From the sequence record NC_052657.1: a stretch of 64,000 nucleotides of DNA; one strand, written 5' to 3'. Positions 35,609-45,647 of the stretch are shown piece by piece; position 1 is the first letter of the stretch, and each line of letters begins with the position of its first letter. A model generated the notes under the pieces. The model ran no database searches. It saw only the letters and a program-made list of their open reading frames with translations, and was not told the origin of the DNA. The translations under genes and the position numbers were made by a program. Origin of the DNA: Escherichia phage muut.

Positions 35609-36340
35609 ATGAGCGAATTTGTAAACAACACCGCATTAAACTACCTGCAAACCCTCGAAAGCAATAGTGTAGATTTGATTCTTACTGACCCACCATATGC
35701 TATTTCTCGTGACACAAATTTTCAGTCTGGAGAGCCTACTGGAAAAGATACGGATAGATTCCGTGTATCTTACAACTTCGGTGATTGGGATGTTGTAGAT
35801 ATTCCTTACTTTAAAGAAGTATTCAAAGAAGCCTACAGGGTGCTTAGAAAAGGTGGTACTTGCATAGTTTGGTATGATATCTGGAAGATCCAGGAACTAC
35901 GTGAAATCCTTGAACCGCTTGGTTTTCGTATGTTCCGTACCATCGAATGGATTAAAACAAACCCTGTACCCATCAACAGTGGTGTTAACTACCTTAGTAA
36001 CGCTAAAGAGATGGCTATTGTTTGTGTTAAAGGTTCGAAACCAACCTTCAATGCTTCCTACCATAAGGGTGTGTTTGAGTATCCTATCTATCAAGGAGCA
36101 GATCGTTTTCATCCAACACAAAAACACTTGACTTTGTTTTGTGACCTTATTAATATACACACCAACGAAGGAGATGTAGTCTTAGACTTCTTCTCTGGAA
36201 GTGCAACAACACAAGTTGCGGCACTTTTAACAGGTAGAGAATACTTAGGCTGTGAAGCCGATGTAAATATTTTTAAGCAAGCGGAGGAACGACTAAATGA
36301 GTACACTGAACAGCAAAATCACCCTGAAAGCACTGATTAA
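35609..36340 (+). CDS. DNA methyltransferase (N6-adenine or N4-cytosine, beta class)
   Basis: DPPY motif (ILTDPPYAI) ahead of AdoMet-binding VLDFFSGSATT. Confidence 0.75.
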   Translation: MSEFVNNTALNYLQTLESNSVDLILTDPPYAISRDTNFQSGEPTGKDTDRFRVSYNFGDWDVVDIPYFKEVFKEAYRVLRKGGTCIVWYDIWKIQELREILEPLGFRMFRTIEWIKTNPVPINSGVNYLSNAKEMAIVCVKGSKPTFNASYHKGVFEYPIYQGADRFHPTQKHLTLFCDLINIHTNEGDVVLDFFSGSATTQVAALLTGREYLGCEADVNIFKQAEERLNEYTEQQNHPESTD

Positions 36341-36728
36341 CAATGGTATGAACCTGGACTCTGGTCTGTCTCCAAAGATTTCTATGGCACGACTGGAACA
36401 AGTTACTGGTCTTCGTCAAGTAAGTAATGGCGGTAAGATTATTCGTGATGACGCTGTACCTTTTAATAAGTTTCAGATTGAACGTCATTACGATCCTGTA
36501 ACTGCAAGCCTCACTGGTGTAACTTTCTCAGGTTATCGTACTGCCGGATACCAGCGTAAAGTTGTAGCTGAACGTATTAAGAGTCGCAAACAGAAAATTG
36601 CGACATTGAAGAAACTGGTAGAGAAAGATGTTTCAGAACTTCTTAACCTGTATGAAACTCTTGAGACAAAAGGTGAAGATCATAAACTCTTCTCTAAAGA
36701 AGATGTAAGCGTAATTTTCACTGATTAA
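36297..36728 (+). CDS. hypothetical protein
   Basis: 143 aa ORF overlapping the methyltransferase 3' end. Confidence 0.4.
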   Translation: MSTLNSKITLKALINNGMNLDSGLSPKISMARLEQVTGLRQVSNGGKIIRDDAVPFNKFQIERHYDPVTASLTGVTFSGYRTAGYQRKVVAERIKSRKQKIATLKKLVEKDVSELLNLYETLETKGEDHKLFSKEDVSVIFTD

Positions 36729-36735
36729 GATAAAA

Positions 36736-36765
36736 GAAAAGGAGCCTAATGGCTCCTTTTTGTTT
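36736..36765. terminator. bidirectional terminator between convergent + and - transcription units
   Basis: AAAAGAAAA AGGAGCC-TAAT-GGCTCCT TTTTGTTT; A tract and T tract flank the hairpin. Confidence 0.7.
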
Positions 36766-38650
36766 ATGTAACATTGACTGTAAATCTGACAAGAGGTGAT
36801 AACACGTCATTATCAGCATCATAGTGTGCAACATCAAACACTGTTGTACCTGCTGCAAATCCATATTGTTCAACCTGATCTGCATAAGTAAATGTGTAAG
36901 TGTTAGTATCCAGGGTTTGTTCTGTAAGAATTGCTGCTGTGAGGACGTTTACATTTCGGAAGTAATGTTTAGTATATCCTGCTGGTTCCCAAGAGACAAT
37001 TGCATCTTGGTTAGCTTGTCTTACAGCGGCTCCTCCTGTTGGAACAGACATATCAACCCAAACAGGTGACGCTGATGTTAAGTCTGTACCGTCTGCTGCC
37101 GATTTAGCAAGTTTTGTAGCTGCTGTTTGATATACAGAAGAAATATAATGGATACGACCATCAATACCTTCTTCATAAACATAACCACTGTAACGTTCAG
37201 CACCATCTACCCAAGAACCAATTATAACATCATCACGTGCTGTAGAGATGGTTCTTTGTACATTTCTGTACTTCTGCCAATCCACACCATTAACTTCTAC
37301 ACCATATAAATAAGAACGTCCTAGGATCTGCCAAACAATTTTTGCTTGAGAAGCAGGAACTATTGTACGCATCTTATCAAAGATAGCTATCGTAGCATCA
37401 TGGTAACGTGTAGTGTTACTGTACCTACCTGCAACAGTCGAAGATGCTGATACAGCATCATTTTCACCTTGTCCCCAAATAATTGCTTTAACCTTACTTG
37501 CATAAGGTGTGACTTTAGTGATAAAGTTAGTTAAGCATGGCCCATCTGCTGTGTTATCCAGATCATACCAGTAGTTGTCTGGTGTTCCTGTTCCGGCTTT
37601 ATCATCTGCATATTTATCTGCTGCTGATGATCCAGAAGCTGCATTTAACGGAAGAACTTCAGCATTTGCTAAACCACGTTGCGTAGCATATGCATTACGG
37701 GCTGTTGTGCTACTCATTGCTGCTTTATTTGCACCAGATAGTTCTGTAAAGTGTGCATTTACGTTATCTTGTCCAGCAAAGACAATAACTTCTTTAATGA
37801 ATGAATCATCTGTAGCTATTGAGCTATTAAAGATAACGGCTGCTGCTTTGGTGCTCTTAACGCTAATTTTAAGGTATGTTGGAGCAAACCCATAAAGAGG
37901 AATAGAGTCAGAGATATCAAAGTAGGCGTAAGTATTTGTGGTTGTTGTAGTCCACTGGACACTATTATCACTTAAATCTAATACTTCTACAGTATAAGTA
38001 TCACCATCTAGCGGATCAGTTACATCCCAAGCAACACGAACGTCTCCATAACTGTTTGCCACGGCTGTTACATTAGAAATAACAGGAATAGCATTAACAC
38101 CTAAATAAGAACTATCAGAGGCCACAACTGTTCCTTGATACGTTGCAGTACAACCTATACGGCAATTGCCATCTTTAAGAGCAGTTATTAATCCTGTAGG
38201 GCTTACAGTAGCTACTTCTGGATCTGTTGTGGTGTATGTAATTACCATATCTGGAAGGTCTTTAGCACCTTCTGGACTGATTGTAGCAACCAACTGTTGA
38301 GTAGTGCCTACATCCATAGCCGATAGACTTTCAGTGTACACACTTAATTCTGAAGCATAACCACCAGATTGATCAGTTAAGACAGCACCTAAATTATTTT
38401 TAGCTGTCATTATTGCATCAAAACCACCTTCGGCAACAAACTCCATCATACCACTATTATCTATAACCATTTTGGTATTATCTGAAGATGAAAAAGCTAT
38501 ATCAAATAACGCACCATCTTCGGGTGTAACTGTGTATGTCAGTTGTTTTTTACTACCAACTATGGCAATACCAATAGAGGAAGTAGTTATAGATGTAGCT
38601 GTTACTACTGAAGCTGATGTTGTTGACATAAATAAAGGAATAGGATACAT
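36764..38650 (-). CDS. tail fibre / receptor-binding protein with SGNH-type esterase domain
   Basis: 628 aa; VIVFAGQDNVN and IIWGQGENDA resemble sialate O-acetylesterase/SGNH blocks. Confidence 0.5.
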   Translation of the reverse strand: MYPIPLFMSTTSASVVTATSITTSSIGIAIVGSKKQLTYTVTPEDGALFDIAFSSSDNTKMVIDNSGMMEFVAEGGFDAIMTAKNNLGAVLTDQSGGYASELSVYTESLSAMDVGTTQQLVATISPEGAKDLPDMVITYTTTDPEVATVSPTGLITALKDGNCRIGCTATYQGTVVASDSSYLGVNAIPVISNVTAVANSYGDVRVAWDVTDPLDGDTYTVEVLDLSDNSVQWTTTTTNTYAYFDISDSIPLYGFAPTYLKISVKSTKAAAVIFNSSIATDDSFIKEVIVFAGQDNVNAHFTELSGANKAAMSSTTARNAYATQRGLANAEVLPLNAASGSSAADKYADDKAGTGTPDNYWYDLDNTADGPCLTNFITKVTPYASKVKAIIWGQGENDAVSASSTVAGRYSNTTRYHDATIAIFDKMRTIVPASQAKIVWQILGRSYLYGVEVNGVDWQKYRNVQRTISTARDDVIIGSWVDGAERYSGYVYEEGIDGRIHYISSVYQTAATKLAKSAADGTDLTSASPVWVDMSVPTGGAAVRQANQDAIVSWEPAGYTKHYFRNVNVLTAAILTEQTLDTNTYTFTYADQVEQYGFAAGTTVFDVAHYDADNDVLSPLVRFTVNVT

Positions 38651-38663
38651 TTAATCTCCTTAA

Positions 38664-38688
38664 ACAATAAGCCCCCGAAGGGGCTTTG
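38664..38688 (-). terminator. rho-independent terminator (UUCG tetraloop)
   Basis: On - strand AAGCCCC-TTCG-GGGGCTT then ATTGTTT; same core as 17514-17536. Confidence 0.55.
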
Positions 38689-38689
38689 A

Positions 38690-40651
38690 TTATGTGCGTT
38701 TAGCAACAATAGCATCCACGTAATCACCAACACCACAATATGTTAGTTGTAGTATTGTTACTCCGTTAGGATCTGTATTAATATCACTAGAACCAATTAC
38801 TTTGTAAGATGGATCTAAAGTAACAGTACGACCCCCAGTGGCATCTTGGATAAGATAAACTATTGCAGAGAATGGTTTAGGTTTTGTGCTATCTTCGACA
38901 CCAGGCCATGCTTTTATAGTAGAGTTACCAGTAAGATTCAACACATTCATGTTATGTGTTCCTGGAGGTGTCCAGTCCCCTGTAACAGATTTGTTGGTGT
39001 ATGCTGTAACCTCTATAAAATTAGTTGTTACTTTTGTTGGAACTATATCTTGACCATCTACAGAACTAGTGAGTTCTTCCCATGCTCCATCTTTACGAGC
39101 ATAGATTTTACCATCACTAGGTGCATCTGTGATGCTAGGTAGTGTACCTTGAGAAGTCCAGACAGTTGCAGATGTTTTTAAGAACACCTCGCCAGTGGAG
39201 ATATTAAAGGCATAATCCCCTTGTTTACCATCACTAGAGATTGGATCTGTTGTTTTAACAATCCAAGTTGCACCATCCGTACCGTTAGTACCAGCGTCAC
39301 CTTTCTCACCCTTATCACCTTTCAAGCTACCCATATCTACATATTCAGCAGTTTGAGTTTGTTCATCATAGGTGTAAATGTAAAGATGACCTGTATCTTC
39401 CGTCAGATAAGCATCACCGTAATTGGATGTAGGAGGAAGTGCACTTGCAGACGCAACGTGTCCTTTTGCAGTGATTGGAGTACCAGCTAAACGACCAACA
39501 TTTGTCCACTGTGTGGCTCCTTGCAACCAAACCCAAAGTTCATTATTGATCAGATAACCATCACCATCTTCTCCAGTTTGTGGTAGTTCAGAAGTGTCAG
39601 TCAGAATATCAATAATGGTCAACCCTGCACCAGTTGGCCCCGTCAAGCCTTGTATACCCTGCTCACCTTGATCACCCTTGTCTCCCTTATCACCTTTTTC
39701 TCCTTTCAGAGAGGCAATATATTCGTCAATAGTACCAACGTTACCAGCGTTTAACCAGACTTGATAAGCTGAATCACCAGTGTTACCCTTATCTCCTTTG
39801 TCGCCTTTATCTCCTTTTGGCCCCACTATAGCGCCCATATTGATCCATTCTACACCGTTTGACACGTATAGATATGTACCAATACTCCATGCTTGAGATG
39901 TGTTTCCAGGAGATGCAGAAGGAAGATCTGAAACGGAATTAGCTGCACCTTGGTAATCAAAACCATTAGCATTGTTACCTGGCACACCTTGTGGCCCCTC
40001 TGGGCCAGGCTCCCCTTTATCACCTTTAATTGAAGCAAGATAATCTAGTTCTGTACCTTGGTTTCCTGCTGCAAGCCAAACTTGATAAGCTGATTTACCT
40101 TCTGGCCCCTGTGAGTTTACTTTTCTCCAAGCAGTACCATCCCAAGCATACATATTCTCGCCTACAATCCATGCATCTCCTGCATTGTTTCCAGTTGTAG
40201 GTAATTGGTTGGTATTAGATAGCGTCCCTAGCAGCTTTAATGGAGCACCTGGATCACCTTTTAAAGAAGCCAACCAGTCTGTCTCAGTGCCTTGGAAACC
40301 ATTGTCTACGGCAATCTGGTAAGCTGATTTACCAGCTTCTGGAATGGATTCTCTAAGATCTTCAATTTCAGCTTCAATAGCATCTAATTCTGATTCTATT
40401 TGAGCAATGTCATCTGCATTACCCACATTTTTCCAAGCTGTATCTGAAATCCCTCCAGTAGATGTAGGAGTAGAGTTAGCAGGTACAACTTTAGGTAGAG
40501 AACCTTTCCACTGATAGTAGTTACCGTCAGTTTCAAAGAGCAATGCTTCACGAGCATCTCTTAAGGTAAAACCACTTGCAAAACTTCTACGCTTTCTATA
40601 GCGAGACTCTACCATGTCTGCAATGGCACTATTTGGACGTGTTAAAATCAC
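38690..40651 (-). CDS. tail fibre protein with collagen-like Gly-X-Y repeats
   Basis: 653 aa; KGDKGDKGDKGNTG, KGEKGDKGDKGDQGEQGIQG, GEPGPEGPQG; recurring SAYQVW..G..GT..YxASxKG modules. Confidence 0.65.
   Translation of the reverse strand: MILTRPNSAIADMVESRYRKRRSFASGFTLRDAREALLFETDGNYYQWKGSLPKVVPANSTPTSTGGISDTAWKNVGNADDIAQIESELDAIEAEIEDLRESIPEAGKSAYQIAVDNGFQGTETDWLASLKGDPGAPLKLLGTLSNTNQLPTTGNNAGDAWIVGENMYAWDGTAWRKVNSQGPEGKSAYQVWLAAGNQGTELDYLASIKGDKGEPGPEGPQGVPGNNANGFDYQGAANSVSDLPSASPGNTSQAWSIGTYLYVSNGVEWINMGAIVGPKGDKGDKGDKGNTGDSAYQVWLNAGNVGTIDEYIASLKGEKGDKGDKGDQGEQGIQGLTGPTGAGLTIIDILTDTSELPQTGEDGDGYLINNELWVWLQGATQWTNVGRLAGTPITAKGHVASASALPPTSNYGDAYLTEDTGHLYIYTYDEQTQTAEYVDMGSLKGDKGEKGDAGTNGTDGATWIVKTTDPISSDGKQGDYAFNISTGEVFLKTSATVWTSQGTLPSITDAPSDGKIYARKDGAWEELTSSVDGQDIVPTKVTTNFIEVTAYTNKSVTGDWTPPGTHNMNVLNLTGNSTIKAWPGVEDSTKPKPFSAIVYLIQDATGGRTVTLDPSYKVIGSSDINTDPNGVTILQLTYCGVGDYVDAIVAKRT
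39625..39835 (-). repeat. collagen-like triplet repeat block inside tail fibre gene
   Basis: Runs of GGn-GAy-AAr codons (GDKGDKGDKG) seen as CCTTTATCTCC repeats on + strand. Confidence 0.6.
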
Positions 40652-40666
40652 TTTACTACTCCTTTT

Positions 40667-40690
40667 ATAAAGGGGCTTTCGCCCCTTTTT
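40667..40690 (-). terminator. rho-independent terminator (GAAA tetraloop)
   Basis: On - strand AGGGGC-GAAA-GCCCCT then TTTAT; same core as 30747-30766. Confidence 0.5.
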
Positions 40691-40692
40691 AA

Positions 40693-43107
40693 TTAAGCAT
40701 TATTGACAGTAACAAAAGTAACAGGGTTCAGAGCTTTAATTTGTGTATTCTCTGCTGTAGGTGTTACAATTGGATCTGCAATATCTATTGTGTACAAACT
40801 ATTTGTCACGTATGTAGCACGTGCTATAGTTGTCACAAGATCGCCGCCATTTGCACCTGCACCTGGAATAACAATCTTAGTACCTGCTGCTTTAGCGTAG
40901 CCATTACTAGCCCAGTTTAAAGCATTAGACTGTAGATAGGTTTGACCTGTAACAGTTGCTTTTATTTTCTCGTTGGCACTAAAGAAAGCACCACCTACTG
41001 TAACAACATGTTTTTTACCGCTTGCACAATGAATAACTGTTCCAGTAGGGAATTCACGCCCACCTGGGAATTCATCATAAGCTGTAAAATATTGTTCAGA
41101 AATAGTAGTTAAAACTGGCCCACGATGACCTGTACCATCAACAGCAGTTGGAACACCAAAGTTATTTCCAACCTGATCGCAACGATCCGTGTAGATTTTA
41201 GCAAAAGAAACTGTTGTTTCATCTCCGCTAAGTGCTGTACATCCTACCCACTTCATATACGTGAATTGGCTGCGAGTATAGAAACCGCCACCACTTCCTT
41301 CTCCGCTTCCATGTTGACCAATAAAGTCAATACTACGGCAACGAATATTATTAAAGGTAGAGCTAGATGGTAGTCCACGCCATTTAAAAACATTACAATT
41401 GATATTACTAACAATTGTAGAGTTTTCCCAGGCATCTGATCCAGATGTTGCAATCTCAATTGAAGATTCTGGAATATCCAAATTCTTAATTGTAAAGTTA
41501 ATTGGTGGCCCCGCATATCTGCCACTGTTAACACCCCAATCAATAAAGACCATGCGTGTTGAAACAGACGGATCATTAAGCAGATAACCAGTTAAACCAT
41601 CAACTTCAAAATCTTGGCATCCGTATAATGCAACACCACAAGTAGTTAAACCTGTACCTGTTGAAACTGCTGTGTTAGGATAAACTTCATTATCACGTAT
41701 TGTGAAGTTTTTACCCATTTCAACGTGTAAACATTGACGGCAATTGTAAACCCTATTCCCAACGATACTGAAGTTACGTACATATTGTGAATCAGGAACA
41801 TCAACACCATATGGGCCACTACCTGCTACACCAATACCAATACCCCAGTTTGCACCTTGTCCAGAAGCATCTACGTTAGCAATGTGGTTATTCTCGATAA
41901 TCAAACCTTCAGTGTAGTGTTTTTGAACTACGTTAAGTTCAATAGCATCACCTTTGATATCGTGAATATAGTTGTTAGAGTAACGCCCGTAGGTCATTAC
42001 TTCTCCAGTACCTTGTTGCAGGATCGCATATTTACAACCATACATTTCGTTGTAACTGAAGTCCAACGTACCTTCACTTGTCATTGCTTGCATTAAGAAT
42101 GCTGCTGTAGATGTTGCGTTGGAGAAGATATTACGATAGAATCGGCAATCACCACCTAACATCTTAACATAACATTTTTCAAAGCGAACGTTTTCCATCC
42201 AACAGGACACAGTAGAAATCATTGTTCCACCGTTACCAGTGAATGTACCTCCATACCAACGAATACCAGACATAGCAATTGAGCTTGTGAATCTATAATT
42301 CTTATCTGCACGTACTTGAATGTTATTCGTGTTAGCGAAAGTAATGGTTTTTAAAATTGCTTGAGTATCATCGGTAACTCCATCACCAATTGCACCAAAC
42401 TGCTCAGGCGTTACAAAGTATTGAGCTTGTAACAGGTTGCCTCCAGATGGAAGACCAACCATTGCTGCACCAGTGGTAGATGACAAAAGGTTTTTCTCTA
42501 CGTAAGAAGTAGAGGCTGTTGTTTTACCAATAAAAGCAAACAATTTGTTAGGTAGACCAGTAGACGGATCTAAACCTAATGGTTCTGCCAGAATAATTTT
42601 ACTATCTTTGATAGTAAATGCTTCACCTTGAATCTGAATTACACCGTTAATGGTGACAATAGCATTATCAAAGATATAAGGAGGACTGATTTCTGTTTCG
42701 TATCCTGTAGCACCTTTAAAATACCAAGGATACACATCTGAAGCTAACTGTTCAGTTTTAAGAGCGTACAGAGTCCAGTTACTGTCTCCTACAGGTGTAC
42801 CCTGCATAGGTACAGGGTTCGCAGTAGTGGCAGATGGGGCATAATAGTACCCACTCAAGATACCGTTTTCAAAATAACGTAACTGGTTAAATACAGTTTC
42901 AGTTGATCCTGCTGACCAAGCAACAGGACTCTTAAAGAAGAAGTTATCAACAAGTGCTTTACGCAGTGTAGGTATTAAACCTGTTTCGGTTTCTACAGTT
43001 GCTGTAGCATCTCCATTAATAACATCATGCATCTGGTTAGACGAGAATATAACCAGATCAACACCTTGTTCTAGTGTCGTAGCAGGATATGTTGGAAAAT
43101 TCGCCAT
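40693..43107 (-). CDS. tailspike with right-handed beta-helix (depolymerase-like)
   Basis: 804 aa; periodic Asn/Gly/Val-rich rungs (IENNHIANVDASG, VGNRVYNCRQC, IRDNEVY). Confidence 0.5.
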   Translation of the reverse strand: MANFPTYPATTLEQGVDLVIFSSNQMHDVINGDATATVETETGLIPTLRKALVDNFFFKSPVAWSAGSTETVFNQLRYFENGILSGYYYAPSATTANPVPMQGTPVGDSNWTLYALKTEQLASDVYPWYFKGATGYETEISPPYIFDNAIVTINGVIQIQGEAFTIKDSKIILAEPLGLDPSTGLPNKLFAFIGKTTASTSYVEKNLLSSTTGAAMVGLPSGGNLLQAQYFVTPEQFGAIGDGVTDDTQAILKTITFANTNNIQVRADKNYRFTSSIAMSGIRWYGGTFTGNGGTMISTVSCWMENVRFEKCYVKMLGGDCRFYRNIFSNATSTAAFLMQAMTSEGTLDFSYNEMYGCKYAILQQGTGEVMTYGRYSNNYIHDIKGDAIELNVVQKHYTEGLIIENNHIANVDASGQGANWGIGIGVAGSGPYGVDVPDSQYVRNFSIVGNRVYNCRQCLHVEMGKNFTIRDNEVYPNTAVSTGTGLTTCGVALYGCQDFEVDGLTGYLLNDPSVSTRMVFIDWGVNSGRYAGPPINFTIKNLDIPESSIEIATSGSDAWENSTIVSNINCNVFKWRGLPSSSTFNNIRCRSIDFIGQHGSGEGSGGGFYTRSQFTYMKWVGCTALSGDETTVSFAKIYTDRCDQVGNNFGVPTAVDGTGHRGPVLTTISEQYFTAYDEFPGGREFPTGTVIHCASGKKHVVTVGGAFFSANEKIKATVTGQTYLQSNALNWASNGYAKAAGTKIVIPGAGANGGDLVTTIARATYVTNSLYTIDIADPIVTPTAENTQIKALNPVTFVTVNNA

Positions 43108-43448
43108 TAATTTTTGTCCTTACTTTGTGTGCGCTTTGTAATCTCCTCTAGCATTAATTGAACAGGAGCATTTTTTAAATCCATTATTTTTTCAATCTTC
43201 TGTTCTAAGGCAGTATTATTTGCCATTAATGTAGAGTTGATCTGGTTAAGCATTTGAGCAAGTTCTGCTTTGGTAGCATAAGTGGATTCAACAAACACCA
43301 ACTTCTTTTCTAGTTCGCGGTATTTGTCTTCCATTTTATCCAAATCACTTGCCATATCATCTATCTTCTGTTTGAAGACCACCCAGATTACGCCAATAAG
43401 AGGGATAATCGCCTCTTTAGCGATATCCCATACTTCTGTTAGCTCCAT
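43107..43448 (-). CDS. membrane-anchored coiled-coil protein (i-spanin-like or fibre accessory)
   Basis: 113 aa; N-terminal TM (IIPLIGVIWVVF) then coiled coil. Confidence 0.3.
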   Translation of the reverse strand: MELTEVWDIAKEAIIPLIGVIWVVFKQKIDDMASDLDKMEDKYRELEKKLVFVESTYATKAELAQMLNQINSTLMANNTALEQKIEKIMDLKNAPVQLMLEEITKRTQSKDKN

Positions 43449-43457
43449 ACATTGCCC

Positions 43458-44009
43458 CTATTTCTTAGGTCTTGTAGGCCAAGTTATATTAGGTGCATCT
43501 TCAACGTTAATTTGAATTAATGTTGCACGATAGAGTTTAACTTTTCCTAACCAATCTTTTTGTTCTTCAGATAAACCTTGTAATTCCTCTAAATCTTGAA
43601 TCGCAGACACTTGATTCGTAGCCCAAGTTAGCTCCTTTTCTAACTTAAGAGTAGCATCTTCAATAGCAAGATTATTGTGAGGAACAAACTTACCTTCAAC
43701 ATATTGCCAAGAGCCAATATTACTTTCATCTTCTATTTTATCTGGTACATTATATGTAACTAAAATAGATTGTCCGGCAGGGAAATAGGTAGTAACATCT
43801 TTAGTAGCACCACGTACAATATTATTATCATCTAAGGTAATAAAATAAGCATCTGGATATTCTACCATCAAAGTTTTTTGAAGCTGATACCAGTCGTTAC
43901 CATCTTTGTCTTGCAAAAAACCACCACCAACAGAAAGATAAAGAATATTTTCTTCTGTTAATTCTGGTTCATACAATTCAAAACCTGTAAAAATAACGTC
44001 TTTTTTCAT
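43458..44009 (-). CDS. putative tail fibre assembly protein
   Basis: 183 aa, placed between fibre genes. Confidence 0.3.
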   Translation of the reverse strand: MKKDVIFTGFELYEPELTEENILYLSVGGGFLQDKDGNDWYQLQKTLMVEYPDAYFITLDDNNIVRGATKDVTTYFPAGQSILVTYNVPDKIEDESNIGSWQYVEGKFVPHNNLAIEDATLKLEKELTWATNQVSAIQDLEELQGLSEEQKDWLGKVKLYRATLIQINVEDAPNITWPTRPKK

Positions 44010-44018
44010 AGACTCTCC

Positions 44019-45002
44019 TTACGAAACGTTGGTTACTGTTATCCAGCTACCATTAATATAATATTGTAGCGGAGCTGACCAATACCAAGCACCACGAAGT
44101 TCTTTCTTGTCACCAAAACCCCAACCTGTGATCACGTGACCAGCATAGAAACGAGACTCAGACACACCAGCTTGGATACGTGTTCCAAGACGGATAGCAG
44201 ACACAACAGAAGAAACTCTATTGTTAATGCTATTAATTTGGCCTTGCAAGTTACTATTAACGTTGTTAATATTATTTTGCAGTGTGCTTTGCAATGAGTT
44301 TAGTCTGGAGTTAAGATAGTCTAATCTTACAAGAGCATTACCATTACCAGTATCTTGACCAGAATTAGAACGAGGGTTGTCTATTAAAACATAACCTGCA
44401 TCATATAAACGGACTGCACAAGATGTTCCTCCAGTTGATGGGTTCATTCTATAAATATAGAGTTGACCACCTGCACCTGGTTCAGAGGACATATTACCTA
44501 CTGTTTGTCCGTTGTAGTTTCTAAAAAATAATGTTGCAGGATCTGTAGCACCTGTACCACAGGTATAAATATCGCCTGCATAGATAGCACCACCATTATC
44601 ACGCTTAACAAGGACATTCCCTACAACTTGGTTTGATGTTGCGTCTGTAATGTTAGCTGATAAGTGATTATGGCTGTTATCTACGACTTGAATAGATAAT
44701 GTTACAGCAGCATTACCATTCCATGTAACTTCACCTGTAGCATCACCTGCCATTGTAATTTTAGTACCGACTATAGGAAGATATGTAGTAGGCAATGTTG
44801 GGAAGAATTCATCTTGCATATAGCGAATCCAAGACCCAATATTGTTTAAGATCCAGTTCATTTCTTCACAAGTCATAATCTGACCAAAGTCCATACCAAC
44901 ATTACGGATGGTTTCTTTTGGTCTAATCTTGTTTGTGTTTCCCGTTCCTGGGAGGGTTACTGTTTGTGTCGCCCAGTCAGGGTAGTATTGTGGCTTTGCC
45001 AT
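44019..45002 (-). CDS. tail fibre / baseplate-distal structural protein
   Basis: 327 aa, Asn/Gly/Ser-rich with N-N-x-N-S repeats. Confidence 0.4.
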   Translation of the reverse strand: MAKPQYYPDWATQTVTLPGTGNTNKIRPKETIRNVGMDFGQIMTCEEMNWILNNIGSWIRYMQDEFFPTLPTTYLPIVGTKITMAGDATGEVTWNGNAAVTLSIQVVDNSHNHLSANITDATSNQVVGNVLVKRDNGGAIYAGDIYTCGTGATDPATLFFRNYNGQTVGNMSSEPGAGGQLYIYRMNPSTGGTSCAVRLYDAGYVLIDNPRSNSGQDTGNGNALVRLDYLNSRLNSLQSTLQNNINNVNSNLQGQINSINNRVSSVVSAIRLGTRIQAGVSESRFYAGHVITGWGFGDKKELRGAWYWSAPLQYYINGSWITVTNVS

Positions 45003-45015
45003 TAAGAGTAACTCC

Positions 45016-45645
45016 TTATTCTATTTGAGCTATCAGCATAGTCATTCGCCCTGTATCATCTCCTTCAGCCTCTGTGTAAAGAGAACCTAAACCACCTATA
45101 CCATGAGGTGGAGTTGTGGCATAATAGGAAGTGAAACCAAAGGCTGCACCCGCTTTCGCACCTAAGCGATAACTACTTAGGATCGGGAAAACGTTAAGTA
45201 ACTGTGCTACTGCCTGATCGGATTGTAGACACAAATTATAAAAGAATACGTCGAATGTTTTATTTAATCCAACGTATGTATTAATCGTTTCTTTTTCTGT
45301 TCCTGTAAAACGAGCGAACATATCAATGATATCATCTCGCGTACCAGAAGACGCAACACGATAAGCCCTGATTTTTAATATTGTACGATACTCTTCATCT
45401 GTAGCACCATTTCTTTCCATCCCCATCTCTTCACCAATAAGATCTAAATACTTACCAGTTGCAGTAGAGATTAAGCGGTGTTTGGCAAGATAGATCATTG
45501 CCTGATCTATCTTTTGTTTTTCGCTAGAAATGATATAGAGTAGTTTGACAATGTTCGGAGAAGATTTAAAATCTTCAATCAGTAGGTCTTTAACATCTTC
45601 ATTGATACTATCCCACGTTGTCACATGGTCAACACTCACTGCCAT
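45016..45645 (-). CDS. baseplate structural protein (hypothetical)
   Basis: 209 aa ORF in tail module. Confidence 0.4.
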   Translation of the reverse strand: MAVSVDHVTTWDSINEDVKDLLIEDFKSSPNIVKLLYIISSEKQKIDQAMIYLAKHRLISTATGKYLDLIGEEMGMERNGATDEEYRTILKIRAYRVASSGTRDDIIDMFARFTGTEKETINTYVGLNKTFDVFFYNLCLQSDQAVAQLLNVFPILSSYRLGAKAGAAFGFTSYYATTPPHGIGGLGSLYTEAEGDDTGRMTMLIAQIE

Positions 45646-45647
45646 TT

